Shown here: piece by piece, positions 47,208-55,862 of the stretch
Numbering within the stretch: position 1 is the first letter of the stretch
Layout: every line of letters begins with the position of its first letter
Source: Arcobacteraceae bacterium
GTDB taxonomy: Bacteria > Campylobacterota > Campylobacteria > Campylobacterales > Arcobacteraceae
Direction of reading: 5' to 3'
Length of the DNA stretch: 64,000 bases
Assembly (NCBI GenBank): GCA_963678335.1
Contig: OY782822.1
Coordinates: forward strand, 1,868,838 to 1,932,837
Made by a program: the position numbers and the translations under genes
The notes under the pieces: generated by a model
Databases searched by the model: none
What the model was told of the DNA's origin: nothing
Seen by the model: only the letters and a program-made list of their open reading frames with translations

Positions 47208-48143
47208 TTACAGCCTGAACTTAAGATTGTTTTTCCCGTCGTTTTTCGCTGAGTATAATTCTTTGTCCGCGCGGTTCAATGTAGCGTCTATCAATTCTCC
47301 CGCTTCTTTTTTCACCATCCCTATACTTGCCGTAAAACCTATTTTTTCATCTTCGTATTCAAGGACGATATTTTGGATATCTTCCCTTATCTTGTTTATT
47401 TTTTTTATTATGGTTTTTTCACAGCATGAAGAGGTGCAAAGGGCAAACTCCTCGCCTCCCAGCCTTCCGAATATATCTGAGGGCTCAAGGTTCTTTTCAA
47501 CCTCTTTCGTTAAAAGCTGCAAAGCCCTGTCTCCTGCCTGGTGGCCGAAAGTGTCGTTTAATCTTTTAAAATTGTCTATATCCATCATGGCAATATATAT
47601 AGGGCTTGCGGGGTCATTGTCGTATTTTTTGAACAGCTCTTTAGTATCTTCAAAAAAACTCCCCCTGTTCCTTATCCCAGTAAGATAATCTTTGTTTGCC
47701 AGAAACTCCAGCTTTTCATTTGCTTCTTTGAGCTTTTTTGTCTGTATTGCAAGTTTCGTATGGCTTTGTATCAAAGATGCCTGGATCTCTTTTTGTTCCG
47801 TAATATCCACGGCTATACTGTATTTGACGGTTCTACCGTCGGGCCATTTGACAAGTTCGTCGTAAGATTGAAGCCAGCTGTCCGTGGCTTCGTCAAAAAA
47901 ATTGCTTATGAGTTTTTCACTTCTGTATATCTTTTCCCTTTGTTTCAACTGTGCGATGTTGCACCAGCTGCAGACCTCCTCCTGCCCGAATATCTTTTTC
48001 CAGCAGAACTCTTCCCTGGGTGCATACATCTTTTCGGTCATCATCTTGTTTGCATAAACGACCTCGTAAGTTTCTATATCCACTGCGTAAGCTGCGAAAG
48101 GGATAACATCCAGTAAAGCTTCAAAAAGCTTGTTTTCCTGCAT
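47208..48143 (-). CDS. Diguanylate cyclase (Cys-containing PAS-like module + GGDEF)
   Basis: 311 aa. The N-terminal roughly 130 aa are paralogous to the hybrid kinase N-terminus. GGDEF domain motifs: DYLTGIRNRG, DIDNFKRLNDTFGHQAGD and RLGGEEF. Confidence 0.9.
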   Translation of the reverse strand: MQENKLFEALLDVIPFAAYAVDIETYEVVYANKMMTEKMYAPREEFCWKKIFGQEEVCSWCNIAQLKQREKIYRSEKLISNFFDEATDSWLQSYDELVKWPDGRTVKYSIAVDITEQKEIQASLIQSHTKLAIQTKKLKEANEKLEFLANKDYLTGIRNRGSFFEDTKELFKKYDNDPASPIYIAMMDIDNFKRLNDTFGHQAGDRALQLLTKEVEKNLEPSDIFGRLGGEEFALCTSSCCEKTIIKKINKIREDIQNIVLEYEDEKIGFTASIGMVKKEAGELIDATLNRADKELYSAKNDGKNNLKFRL

Positions 48144-48145
48144 TT

Positions 48146-48565
48146 TTATACCTTAAATTCGTCTTCCAGCAGATCCAGCTCTTCATCATCCGGTTCAACG
48201 GCATATTCGATGAACACCTCCCCTATGGCCTGGGCCATTTTATCTTCAGTGATAGGTTTTAGCAGGTATCCTACCGCACCGGCCTGGATAGATTTTATCA
48301 CCATGTCTTCCTGTCCGTGGGAAGTAACCATGATGATCTTTGCGTTCACGTCCTCTGCAATGATATGTTTCACCGCCGTTATACCGTCCATATCGGGCAT
48401 GGTGATATCCATGGTAACCAGATCAGGTTTATACTCTTTATAGCTGTCTATTGCTTCCTGCCCGTTTTGTGCACTGAATACAACCTCGTGCCCCAGTTTT
48501 TCCAAGATCTTGGTTATTTTTTTTCTGATAATTAATGAATCGTCTACAATTAAAATTTTTAACAT
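48146..48565 (-). CDS. CheY-like single-domain response regulator
   Basis: 139 aa with MLKILIVDDS, DLVTMDITMPDMDG and KP. It has an acidic C-terminal tail. Confidence 0.88.
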   Translation of the reverse strand: MLKILIVDDSLIIRKKITKILEKLGHEVVFSAQNGQEAIDSYKEYKPDLVTMDITMPDMDGITAVKHIIAEDVNAKIIMVTSHGQEDMVIKSIQAGAVGYLLKPITEDKMAQAIGEVFIEYAVEPDDEELDLLEDEFKV

Positions 48566-48578
48566 TTTTTTTCCTTTT

Positions 48579-49052
48579 TTATTTTATTGAATCTTTATCG
48601 CCGATAGCGCTGATACTTAACTCTCCGCAATCTGTTATTATATTTACGCTTGATATTTTAGAGTTTTTGTGTTTTTTCAGTTTTGATGCATCATTGATAG
48701 TGATAGGGGGAGTTATTGTCACCCCTTTCCCCCTGTTTGGGAAAGTAGGCAGAGATAATCCAAGGATAGTATTTATAACCTCTCCCGTTACGCTCTCTTT
48801 TACCTCCTGCACTTCCGTTTCGTCAACTTCTTCCCCGTCCATAAACAGTTCAACCAGTTTATTTAGAAGGTTGTCGTCGAAACTTATAACTACCATTAGG
48901 TTCAGTTTTCCCCCTACCCCTATCATTGAGGTGTATTGTTTTAAGCTCAGCTGTTCGGTATCTAGTATCTTTGTGTCAATATCATTAATATTTATATCCA
49001 TATCTTCCTGTAAAAAGAGTTTTGTTTGAAGTATCAGTGAATCAAGTATCAT
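48579..49052 (-). CDS. CheX/CheC-like CheY-P phosphatase
   Basis: 157 aa. The ESVTGEVINTILG segment fits the E-x2-N phosphatase motif, and the size and layout are CheX-like. Confidence 0.55.
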   Translation of the reverse strand: MILDSLILQTKLFLQEDMDININDIDTKILDTEQLSLKQYTSMIGVGGKLNLMVVISFDDNLLNKLVELFMDGEEVDETEVQEVKESVTGEVINTILGLSLPTFPNRGKGVTITPPITINDASKLKKHKNSKISSVNIITDCGELSISAIGDKDSIK

Positions 49053-49065
49053 TATTTTCCTTTCC

Positions 49066-51549
49066 TTAATTGTTTGTTAGAGGTATTGTAAATTTAAAAC
49101 AGCTACCTTCATCTTTTTTTGATTGAACATCGACAGAACCTTGTAATTTGTCAAGTTCCGTTTTAACGGCACTCATCCCCATACCTCTTCCCGATATTTC
49201 GTCTACGGTATTTTTGGTTGAGATATTTTCATAAAAAATAGTATTAAAAAGATCTTTACTTGAAAGCTTATCCGTATCAAGGTCGTTTTCTTTGAGCCTT
49301 TTTATCAGTTTTTCCTCGTTTATTCCGGCACCGTCGTCACATATCTGTATTGTCAAGGTCCCGTTTTCCTGTTCAAATTTACAGGTGATCTCTCCTGTTT
49401 CATTTTTGTTCTTTTGGGCTCTTTCTTCCTGTGTTTCTATCCCGTGGTCTACACAGTTCCTGAAAACATGGATAAGTGATTTTATGAAAGGTTTGATCCT
49501 GTCATCAACTGTAAGTTCCGCATCACCTGTTATTTTTAATATACCTACATCTTTTTCAAATTTCTTTGAAAGCTGATCAACCAAAGATACATAAGGTTTT
49601 AGAAGGCTGAAGATCCTTTGTCTTGAAAGATTCTGCACCTTGTAAAGGATCTCCTGGCACTCAGGTGTCGCCATATCTTTTTCGTTTAGGACATGGGATA
49701 TCTTTTCCTGGAGCTCATGTATATTGGAGAGGTCGATCTTTATATAATTGTCTTCATTTAAAAACTCTTTGCCCAGGATTTCGGATATGATATCCAAAGT
49801 ATTCTCAAACTCTTTTTTCAGGCTTTCCACATCAAGGATATCCGCAAGGGCGATCTTGCTTTTGTTTTTTATCGCTTTTGAGATCTTCGATTCTGTTTTA
49901 TGAAGAATCTGCACTATATTCTGCATATAAAGCTGGGAGAAAGTACCTTTAAAGGTATGGATCACTCTGTACAGATCGTTAAGGTTTTCGTTTTTTATAT
50001 CTTCTGTTGAAGCAAGGAACTCCAGGAAAAATTTCTTTGTATCGTAGAATATCTCGCTTTCGCTTACGATAGTGACGATCATTTTGAACACTTCCTGCTC
50101 TTTTCTTATCTTGTTTTCCAGCTTTTTCTGGGTGGTTATATTTGTAAGGATCATCATGAAATAGTTGTTTTCAAGTATTTTATATTCCAGTTTGACGGCC
50201 TTTTTATTAAGCAGGATTATTTTGGGAAGCAGTGAAAGATATGAATTCCTTTTTATATCCATAGGCTCGGCAAGAGCCGTTAGAAGGGTGCTTTTGAAGA
50301 ACTCTGTTTTTTCCTTCTCTTTAAAAAGAAGCCCGGAGATATCTCTGTTTTCTATAGATTCCCCCAGAAGCTTGTTACACTCTTTTGAGTATTCTGCATC
50401 TATTAAAAAGTTCTTGTCAAAGGTTAAGAACCCCTGCCCCGCATTGTCCAGGAGTATATCCACTTTTTCTTTGCTTTTTTCTATCTGTTTGTTCAGTTCC
50501 GATAGTTTTCTGTTCCAGTAAAACACGATAGCGAAAAGTATGATAATTCCTGCGGCTATTTTCCAGACCAGTGTGTAATCTATGCTTTGTTCAACATAGA
50601 CGGCATCGGGATAAACGAAGTTTTGGAAATCTATTTTCCCTTTTGAAAGGTCAAGGAGATTGTAGGTCTGGACTATCTGGTTCAGGATATCGGTTTTGAA
50701 CTTGGTATATTCAAAAGTACCGTAACCGCTTAGAATTTTAAGTTTTTGTGCTTCGAACAGGAGGTGCTCTTTTGTTTTGTTCTGGGTATTGTATTTTTCA
50801 ACTATAATATTTACGCTTTCTTCCAGGTTTGAGTATGCGTAATCCCACCCTTTTTTAGTGGCTTCGTAGAAGCTTTTTACCAGTTCCGGGTCATTTTTCA
50901 AAAGTTTAGAGGAAGTGAATAATATATCGTCGTAAAAGTTAAATCCGTAATCTGAAGGATCAAGAATCGTATAATCCACCCCCTTTTCTTCCATATGGAA
51001 AGGCTCGTTTGACAGATATGCGGTCATGGCATCCGTTTTACCGCTTATAAGGTCATCTATGTTATAGCTGTGTTTCTGGGTCTTGAAATCGCTTTCTTTT
51101 ACGTTGTTTACCTTGAACATCGCATTTAAAGCTGCCATGGCTACCTGGTTTGGATTCGCCATGATCTTTTTCCCTTTAAGGTCGGACACGTTTTTCAGGT
51201 CATCCCTTTTTTTTGCCAGAAGCACGAACGGTGAAGTTTGGAAAGCTGGAATAAGAAGGTAAATATCTTTACCGTTTATCTTGTCAAGGATCACTGACGA
51301 TCCCCCTACCCCGAAATCGCTTTTCCCCTCAATGACATCATTTGTGATATCTGTACCGAAGTTATATTCTTTTATATCTACATCAAGCCCTGCTTCTTTA
51401 TAGAAGCCTTTCTCTTTTGCCATATAAAAACCGGCAAACTCAAATTGGTGTTTCCATAACAGTTGAACGGATACTTTACGCAGTTCTGCGTTTTTTGAAG
51501 CAAATAAAACGCTGCTGAACAGTAAAATAACAAATAGTTTCTTAATCAA
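49066..51549 (-). CDS. Membrane sensor kinase: periplasmic NMT1/SsuA-like binding domain + TM + PAS-like domain + Hpt (P1-like) + CheA-type HATPase, with no CheW-like P5 domain
   Basis: 827 aa with a signal peptide and an SBP-like N-terminus (VSVQLLWKHQFEFAGFYMAKEKGFY), then a TM segment and LLDNAGQGFLTFDKNF. Hpt: VIHTFKGTFSQLYMQ. CheA-type ATP site: HVFRNCVDHGIETQEERAQKNK..ICDDGAGI..ISGRGMGMSAVK. The protein ends right after the ATPase domain. Confidence 0.75.
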   Translation of the reverse strand: MIKKLFVILLFSSVLFASKNAELRKVSVQLLWKHQFEFAGFYMAKEKGFYKEAGLDVDIKEYNFGTDITNDVIEGKSDFGVGGSSVILDKINGKDIYLLIPAFQTSPFVLLAKKRDDLKNVSDLKGKKIMANPNQVAMAALNAMFKVNNVKESDFKTQKHSYNIDDLISGKTDAMTAYLSNEPFHMEEKGVDYTILDPSDYGFNFYDDILFTSSKLLKNDPELVKSFYEATKKGWDYAYSNLEESVNIIVEKYNTQNKTKEHLLFEAQKLKILSGYGTFEYTKFKTDILNQIVQTYNLLDLSKGKIDFQNFVYPDAVYVEQSIDYTLVWKIAAGIIILFAIVFYWNRKLSELNKQIEKSKEKVDILLDNAGQGFLTFDKNFLIDAEYSKECNKLLGESIENRDISGLLFKEKEKTEFFKSTLLTALAEPMDIKRNSYLSLLPKIILLNKKAVKLEYKILENNYFMMILTNITTQKKLENKIRKEQEVFKMIVTIVSESEIFYDTKKFFLEFLASTEDIKNENLNDLYRVIHTFKGTFSQLYMQNIVQILHKTESKISKAIKNKSKIALADILDVESLKKEFENTLDIISEILGKEFLNEDNYIKIDLSNIHELQEKISHVLNEKDMATPECQEILYKVQNLSRQRIFSLLKPYVSLVDQLSKKFEKDVGILKITGDAELTVDDRIKPFIKSLIHVFRNCVDHGIETQEERAQKNKNETGEITCKFEQENGTLTIQICDDGAGINEEKLIKRLKENDLDTDKLSSKDLFNTIFYENISTKNTVDEISGRGMGMSAVKTELDKLQGSVDVQSKKDEGSCFKFTIPLTNN

Positions 51550-51557
51550 GTTTTCTC

Positions 51558-53867
51558 CTATAGTGGTATAATGAATTCAAATGTGGTTCCCACATCGATT
51601 TGAGAAGTGATGTTTATTATACCGTTTAATTTGTCCAATTCTTCTTTAACGGCACCCATCCCGATACCTCTTCCTGAAATATCAGAAAGTTCCTCTTTTG
51701 TTGAGAAACTGTCTTCAAACAAGAAGAGGTAAAGTTCCTCTTTTTTATATTGTTCCGGGTCCAGACCTTTTAAGATAAGCTTGTTTTTTATCTTTTCAAG
51801 ATCGATTCCTGCCCCGTCGTCAGATACCGTGATATAAAGGTGCCGGTCTTTTATATCAAAGCTGCAGCTTATGCTTCCCGTTTCGTCTTTGTTCTTCCCG
51901 ACTCTTTCTTCAGGGGTTTCTATACCGTGGTCAACGGAGTTTCTAAAAAGGTGAACCAGTGATTTTATAAAGGGTTTGAGGCTGTCCCCTACGACCAGGT
52001 TCTTGTCGCCTATTATATTGAATTCGTATATCTCTTTGCCCAGCCTTTGGGCAAGCTGCATACTCAATGAGACATAAGGCTGCAGCTGGGCATATAGTTT
52101 TGAGCTTGAAAGCTTCTGTACCCTTGAAAGGATATCTTTGCACTCAGGTGTGGTTTCATTATGATTGTCAAGTACGGTTTCTATTTTACTCTGAAGTGTT
52201 TTTATATCACACAGGTCAACCTTGAGGTAGTTCTCCGATTCCAGAAAGTCATCCCCAAGTACCTCTTTTATGATCTCAAGGCTTTTGTTCAGGGAATCGT
52301 TGAAGTCAAAACTATCCAGCAGCTTAACTATATCTTTGTTTGTATAGTTCGTACCTTTCTGCATGGATGAGATCTCGCTTTCCAGGTTATGCAGAAATGA
52401 CACCACATCCTGCATATAAAGCTGTGAAAAAGTACCTTTAAAGGTATGCACGCTTCTGTAAAGGGCCGTGATATTGAATAAAGGTGTTTTTGAAGTATCT
52501 ATGAGTTTTCCGTATGAATTTAAAAACGCGGTATATTCTTTTTTCAGTTCGTAGAACACCTCGCTTTCGCTTACGACCGAGACGATCATTTTCAGGATCT
52601 CCTGCTCCCTTTTTATCTTTCTTTCCAGTTTCTTCTGGGAGGTGATGTTCGTGATGATCATCATAAAATTGCCCTCTTCAAGTATTTTGTATTCAAGTTT
52701 CAAGGCTTTTTTGTTCAAAAGGATGACAGAGGGAAGCAGTGAAATATATGAGTTTCTTTTAACGGGCATAGTTTCATTCTGTGCATTTACCAGTGAGGTT
52801 TTGAATATCTCTATTTTATTTTTCTCTTCGAATAAAAGTGAACTTATATCTTTCCCGGCCAAATCTTTACCCAGAAGTTTTTCACACTCTTTGGAGTATT
52901 CATGGTCTACGGTAAAGTTTTTGTCAAAAGTTAAGAACCCCTGTCCCGCATTATCTAAAAGGGTAGTGACTTTTTTCGTTTTCTCTTCCACTTTTTTTTC
53001 AAGATTGGTATTTAGTTCATGTATCTCTTCATGGAGTTTTGCGCTTACTGCTATGTTTTCATTGAGGCCTTTGGACATTTGCCCGAACTCGTCTTTTGAG
53101 TTTATGTCTATTTTTGAGGCATGGTCTTTTTTGTTCTGCAGAAACAAAAAGAACTCGTCAAGCCCGTTTTTCAGTATCTTCAAAGGCTTGTTAACAAGCT
53201 TTATAAGAAGAATGCTTATAAGTATAAGTATAGTGACCAGAGAAGCTGCCGCAATAGAAAGTTTTACCAGGTTGGTGTTATGCATTTTATCGTCTATTGT
53301 GGTATTGAACTTTGATATTTTATTTTTTGTTTCCTCTTTGAGCCGTTTTATCTGGTTCTTTATAATTGATTCGTCGTAATGGATGATTATCTGCCCTATT
53401 TTATCCCGGCTGTCGTCCTGTATCAGGTATATGGGCCTTTTCAGGGTAGGAAAATCTTTGAAATTTTCCGGGAATTGCTGATCGTAAACAAGAGTATTCC
53501 CTTTTTTATATACGATTAGGAAAGTCTCGTTCATCACGCTGTCTATTATTTTTATTGCTTTGAGGCTCTTTTTTTGTATATCGAAAGAGAGGCTTTTTTT
53601 CAAACCCTCTTTGTCGAAATTAAGGAGAAATATGGATGAGTTCTTTGCTATCATATCTGCATTCTGGGCCATGGCTGCTTTGTTGTTTTCCAGCTGTATC
53701 TCCTGCTGAGCGTCGAGGGCGGACATGGTTTGATCCAGGTTGTAATTTCTTATCTGTGTGATCAGCTCATTGTCTTTTACGTAAAAAAGATACCCTGAAC
53801 TTAAAAATATAGCAATGATCACAAAACCCAGTATCAAAAGGGTTTTATAAATTATACTCTGCTTCAC
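51558..53867 (-). CDS. Membrane sensor kinase: TM + periplasmic domain + TM + HAMP + PAS-like domain + Hpt + CheA-type HATPase. Paralogue of the downstream kinase.
   Basis: 769 aa with the HAMP region KPLKILKNGLDEFF...DEFGQMSKGLNENI and LLDNAGQGFLTFDKNF. Also SVHTFKGTFSQLYMQ, HLFRNSVDHGIETPEERVGKNK and ISGRGIGMGAVK. The C-terminal roughly 480 aa align closely with 49066..51549. Confidence 0.75.
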   Translation of the reverse strand: MKQSIIYKTLLILGFVIIAIFLSSGYLFYVKDNELITQIRNYNLDQTMSALDAQQEIQLENNKAAMAQNADMIAKNSSIFLLNFDKEGLKKSLSFDIQKKSLKAIKIIDSVMNETFLIVYKKGNTLVYDQQFPENFKDFPTLKRPIYLIQDDSRDKIGQIIIHYDESIIKNQIKRLKEETKNKISKFNTTIDDKMHNTNLVKLSIAAASLVTILILISILLIKLVNKPLKILKNGLDEFFLFLQNKKDHASKIDINSKDEFGQMSKGLNENIAVSAKLHEEIHELNTNLEKKVEEKTKKVTTLLDNAGQGFLTFDKNFTVDHEYSKECEKLLGKDLAGKDISSLLFEEKNKIEIFKTSLVNAQNETMPVKRNSYISLLPSVILLNKKALKLEYKILEEGNFMMIITNITSQKKLERKIKREQEILKMIVSVVSESEVFYELKKEYTAFLNSYGKLIDTSKTPLFNITALYRSVHTFKGTFSQLYMQDVVSFLHNLESEISSMQKGTNYTNKDIVKLLDSFDFNDSLNKSLEIIKEVLGDDFLESENYLKVDLCDIKTLQSKIETVLDNHNETTPECKDILSRVQKLSSSKLYAQLQPYVSLSMQLAQRLGKEIYEFNIIGDKNLVVGDSLKPFIKSLVHLFRNSVDHGIETPEERVGKNKDETGSISCSFDIKDRHLYITVSDDGAGIDLEKIKNKLILKGLDPEQYKKEELYLFLFEDSFSTKEELSDISGRGIGMGAVKEELDKLNGIINITSQIDVGTTFEFIIPL

Positions 53868-53946
53868 GATAAATAGCCTTTGTTTCCTGTAGATAGATTG
53901 ACTTTACGCCGTCATTCTAACCAATTAAAGTTTCTAAAAAGTTTTT

Positions 53947-54681
53947 TTAGTATCTATTGAGTATCTTTTTGTATGTGCCGTCGTTTTTTATCTCTTCCAG
54001 GGCTTTCTGCCATTTTTCTATGGTCTTGTCATCGGTTTCGGGATTGAATGCATAATAAAGCTCCCCTTTTTTAAGACTGTAGACGTTCTCGTATCTATCT
54101 ACATCTATCCCTGCTTTTTTTGCATTTGTATTTGCCACTGTTATATCGTATGCGAACATATCGATCCTGTTGTTCTTCATTTTATTGAAAGAAAGCTCTA
54201 TGGCATTTTCCCCTGAAACGCTTTGGATATGTTTCTTCTCTACCCCCGCTTCAAGAAGCAAAAGTTCACCTATATCTTTTAATACGGTTCCTATTTTGTA
54301 TCTGTTGAGTTCAGCGGCTGAATTTATGACGATATGCTTCTCTTTTGGTGCCAGTACCCCTATAGTGGTTTCAGTGATAGGCCCTACCCATTTAAAGAGG
54401 TTCTCCCTTGATTTTGTCCTTGTAGTAGAGAACACCATGCTGTTTTTCTTCTTTTGGGCTATGGAATAAGCCCTGGACCAGTTTGTGAGCTTTACGTCCT
54501 TGAGGGTTTGGGTAGAGCCCGTTTTTTTCAGTATCTCCTCCAGAATATCCACGGAGATACCCGTAAGCTTGTTGTTCTCTTTCATATTAAAGGGGGGATA
54601 GTTCTCCGTATAGATATCTATCTCCTGGGCCCAAAGATTTACGGCAACCATCAAGGAGGCTAAAATATATCTTATTTTCAT
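53947..54681 (-). CDS. Periplasmic solute-binding protein, family 3 (amino-acid type)
   Basis: 244 aa with a signal peptide. EIDIYTENYPPFNMKENNKLTGISVDILEEI and FSTTRTKSRE are typical of SBP_bac_3. Confidence 0.8.
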   Translation of the reverse strand: MKIRYILASLMVAVNLWAQEIDIYTENYPPFNMKENNKLTGISVDILEEILKKTGSTQTLKDVKLTNWSRAYSIAQKKKNSMVFSTTRTKSRENLFKWVGPITETTIGVLAPKEKHIVINSAAELNRYKIGTVLKDIGELLLLEAGVEKKHIQSVSGENAIELSFNKMKNNRIDMFAYDITVANTNAKKAGIDVDRYENVYSLKKGELYYAFNPETDDKTIEKWQKALEEIKNDGTYKKILNRY

Positions 54682-54755
54682 TTTTTCTCCATTTAGTAAG
54701 ATTTCAAATTATTTTATCACAAAAATTATAAATTATTATATTTAGAAACTAATTT

Positions 54756-54774
54756 GTTACTTTGAAGTTACTTT
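54756..54774. promoter_or_regulatory. Direct repeat GTTACTTT-gaa-GTTACTTT (11-bp period) in the divergent promoter region between the signalling operon and tsdA
   Basis: Read directly, 45-63 nt upstream of the tsdA ATG. This geometry is typical of OmpR/PhoB-type response-regulator sites. Confidence 0.5.
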
Positions 54775-54818
54775 AAAATATTATAATTCGTTTAATAAAA
54801 AATTAAAAGGGGTTAGTG

Positions 54819-55802
54819 ATGAAAAGAGCTATAACTGTAACGGCAATTGCGGCATTGGGTTTTGCTTCGATTTTAAATGCTTTTGAGCCTTCTGAATTGA
54901 AAAAAAGAGAATACAGAGGATATAAAGTAGAAAAAGAGGAATGGAAAGTACCTGATATTAAGAATATACCGGATAACAAATACGGTGAACTCGTAAAATA
55001 CGGTAGGGAGCTTATAGTTAATACTTCAAAATACATAGGGCCCGAGGTTGATGATGCAAGCATGAGATATGCGGGCAACAACAACCAGTGCCAGAACTGT
55101 CACCTTGATGCGGGAACCAAGCAATACTCGGCTCCGTTTATAGGAACTTACGGTGAATTTCCCCAATACAGGCCAAGGGAGGACGGTATAGGTACTTTGA
55201 CTGCCAGAATCAACGGCTGTATGATGAGAAGTATGAACGGTTATCCTCTTCCTGCCGAAGGCAAAGAGATGAAAGCTATGAAAGCTTATATTCACTGGTT
55301 AAGCCAGGGTATTCCAGTAGGTGCCGCTTCCAAAATGGAAGGTAGAAGGCTGAAAAAGATTGACAGAAAAATGGTAAAAAAACAAGCCGCAGACCCTGTA
55401 AAAGGTAAAGTTGTTTATGATATGTATTGTGCATCGTGTCATGGACAAAACGGGGAAGGGATGAAAAAACAAGGTAAAGCTGAAGGTTATATCTACCCTG
55501 CATTATGGGGAACCGACGATACTTATAATAAAGGTGCAGGTATGTACAGGATATTAAAAGCGGCAGACTTTATAAAAAGCAATATGCCTTTGGGTGCAAC
55601 GCACGACAATCCTATATTAACCGACGAGCAGGCGTACAACGTAGCTGCATATATGAACGATGACTCGCATTACAGACCTGAGAAGATAAACAGGACTTCG
55701 GACTTCCCAGATGCAAGGGTGAAAGCTCCGGATGTTTACAGGCCTTCAATGGAGAACTTTGATCACAAGTTCGGTCCGTACGGAAATATCATAAAAAAAT
55801 AA
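54819..55802 (+). CDS. tsdA: Dihaem cytochrome c, TsdA-type thiosulfate dehydrogenase
   Basis: Signal peptide, two CxxCH haem motifs (CQNCH, CASCH) and INGCMMRSMNG, which carries the Cys haem ligand typical of TsdA. The ORF track starts at GTG 54816. The ATG at 54819 follows AAAAGGGG with good spacing. Confidence 0.72.
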   Translation: MKRAITVTAIAALGFASILNAFEPSELKKREYRGYKVEKEEWKVPDIKNIPDNKYGELVKYGRELIVNTSKYIGPEVDDASMRYAGNNNQCQNCHLDAGTKQYSAPFIGTYGEFPQYRPREDGIGTLTARINGCMMRSMNGYPLPAEGKEMKAMKAYIHWLSQGIPVGAASKMEGRRLKKIDRKMVKKQAADPVKGKVVYDMYCASCHGQNGEGMKKQGKAEGYIYPALWGTDDTYNKGAGMYRILKAADFIKSNMPLGATHDNPILTDEQAYNVAAYMNDDSHYRPEKINRTSDFPDARVKAPDVYRPSMENFDHKFGPYGNIIKK

Positions 55803-55810
55803 TCTTCTTC

Positions 55811-55847
55811 AAAAGCGGAACTCCTTTGGGAGTTTTGCTTTTATTTT
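55811..55847 (+). terminator. Rho-independent terminator after tsdA
   Basis: AAAAGCGGAACTCC-tttg-GGAGTTTTGCTTTT is a long stem with two G-U pairs, followed by ATTTT. Confidence 0.75.
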
Positions 55848-55862
55848 AGATACAATACTCCC

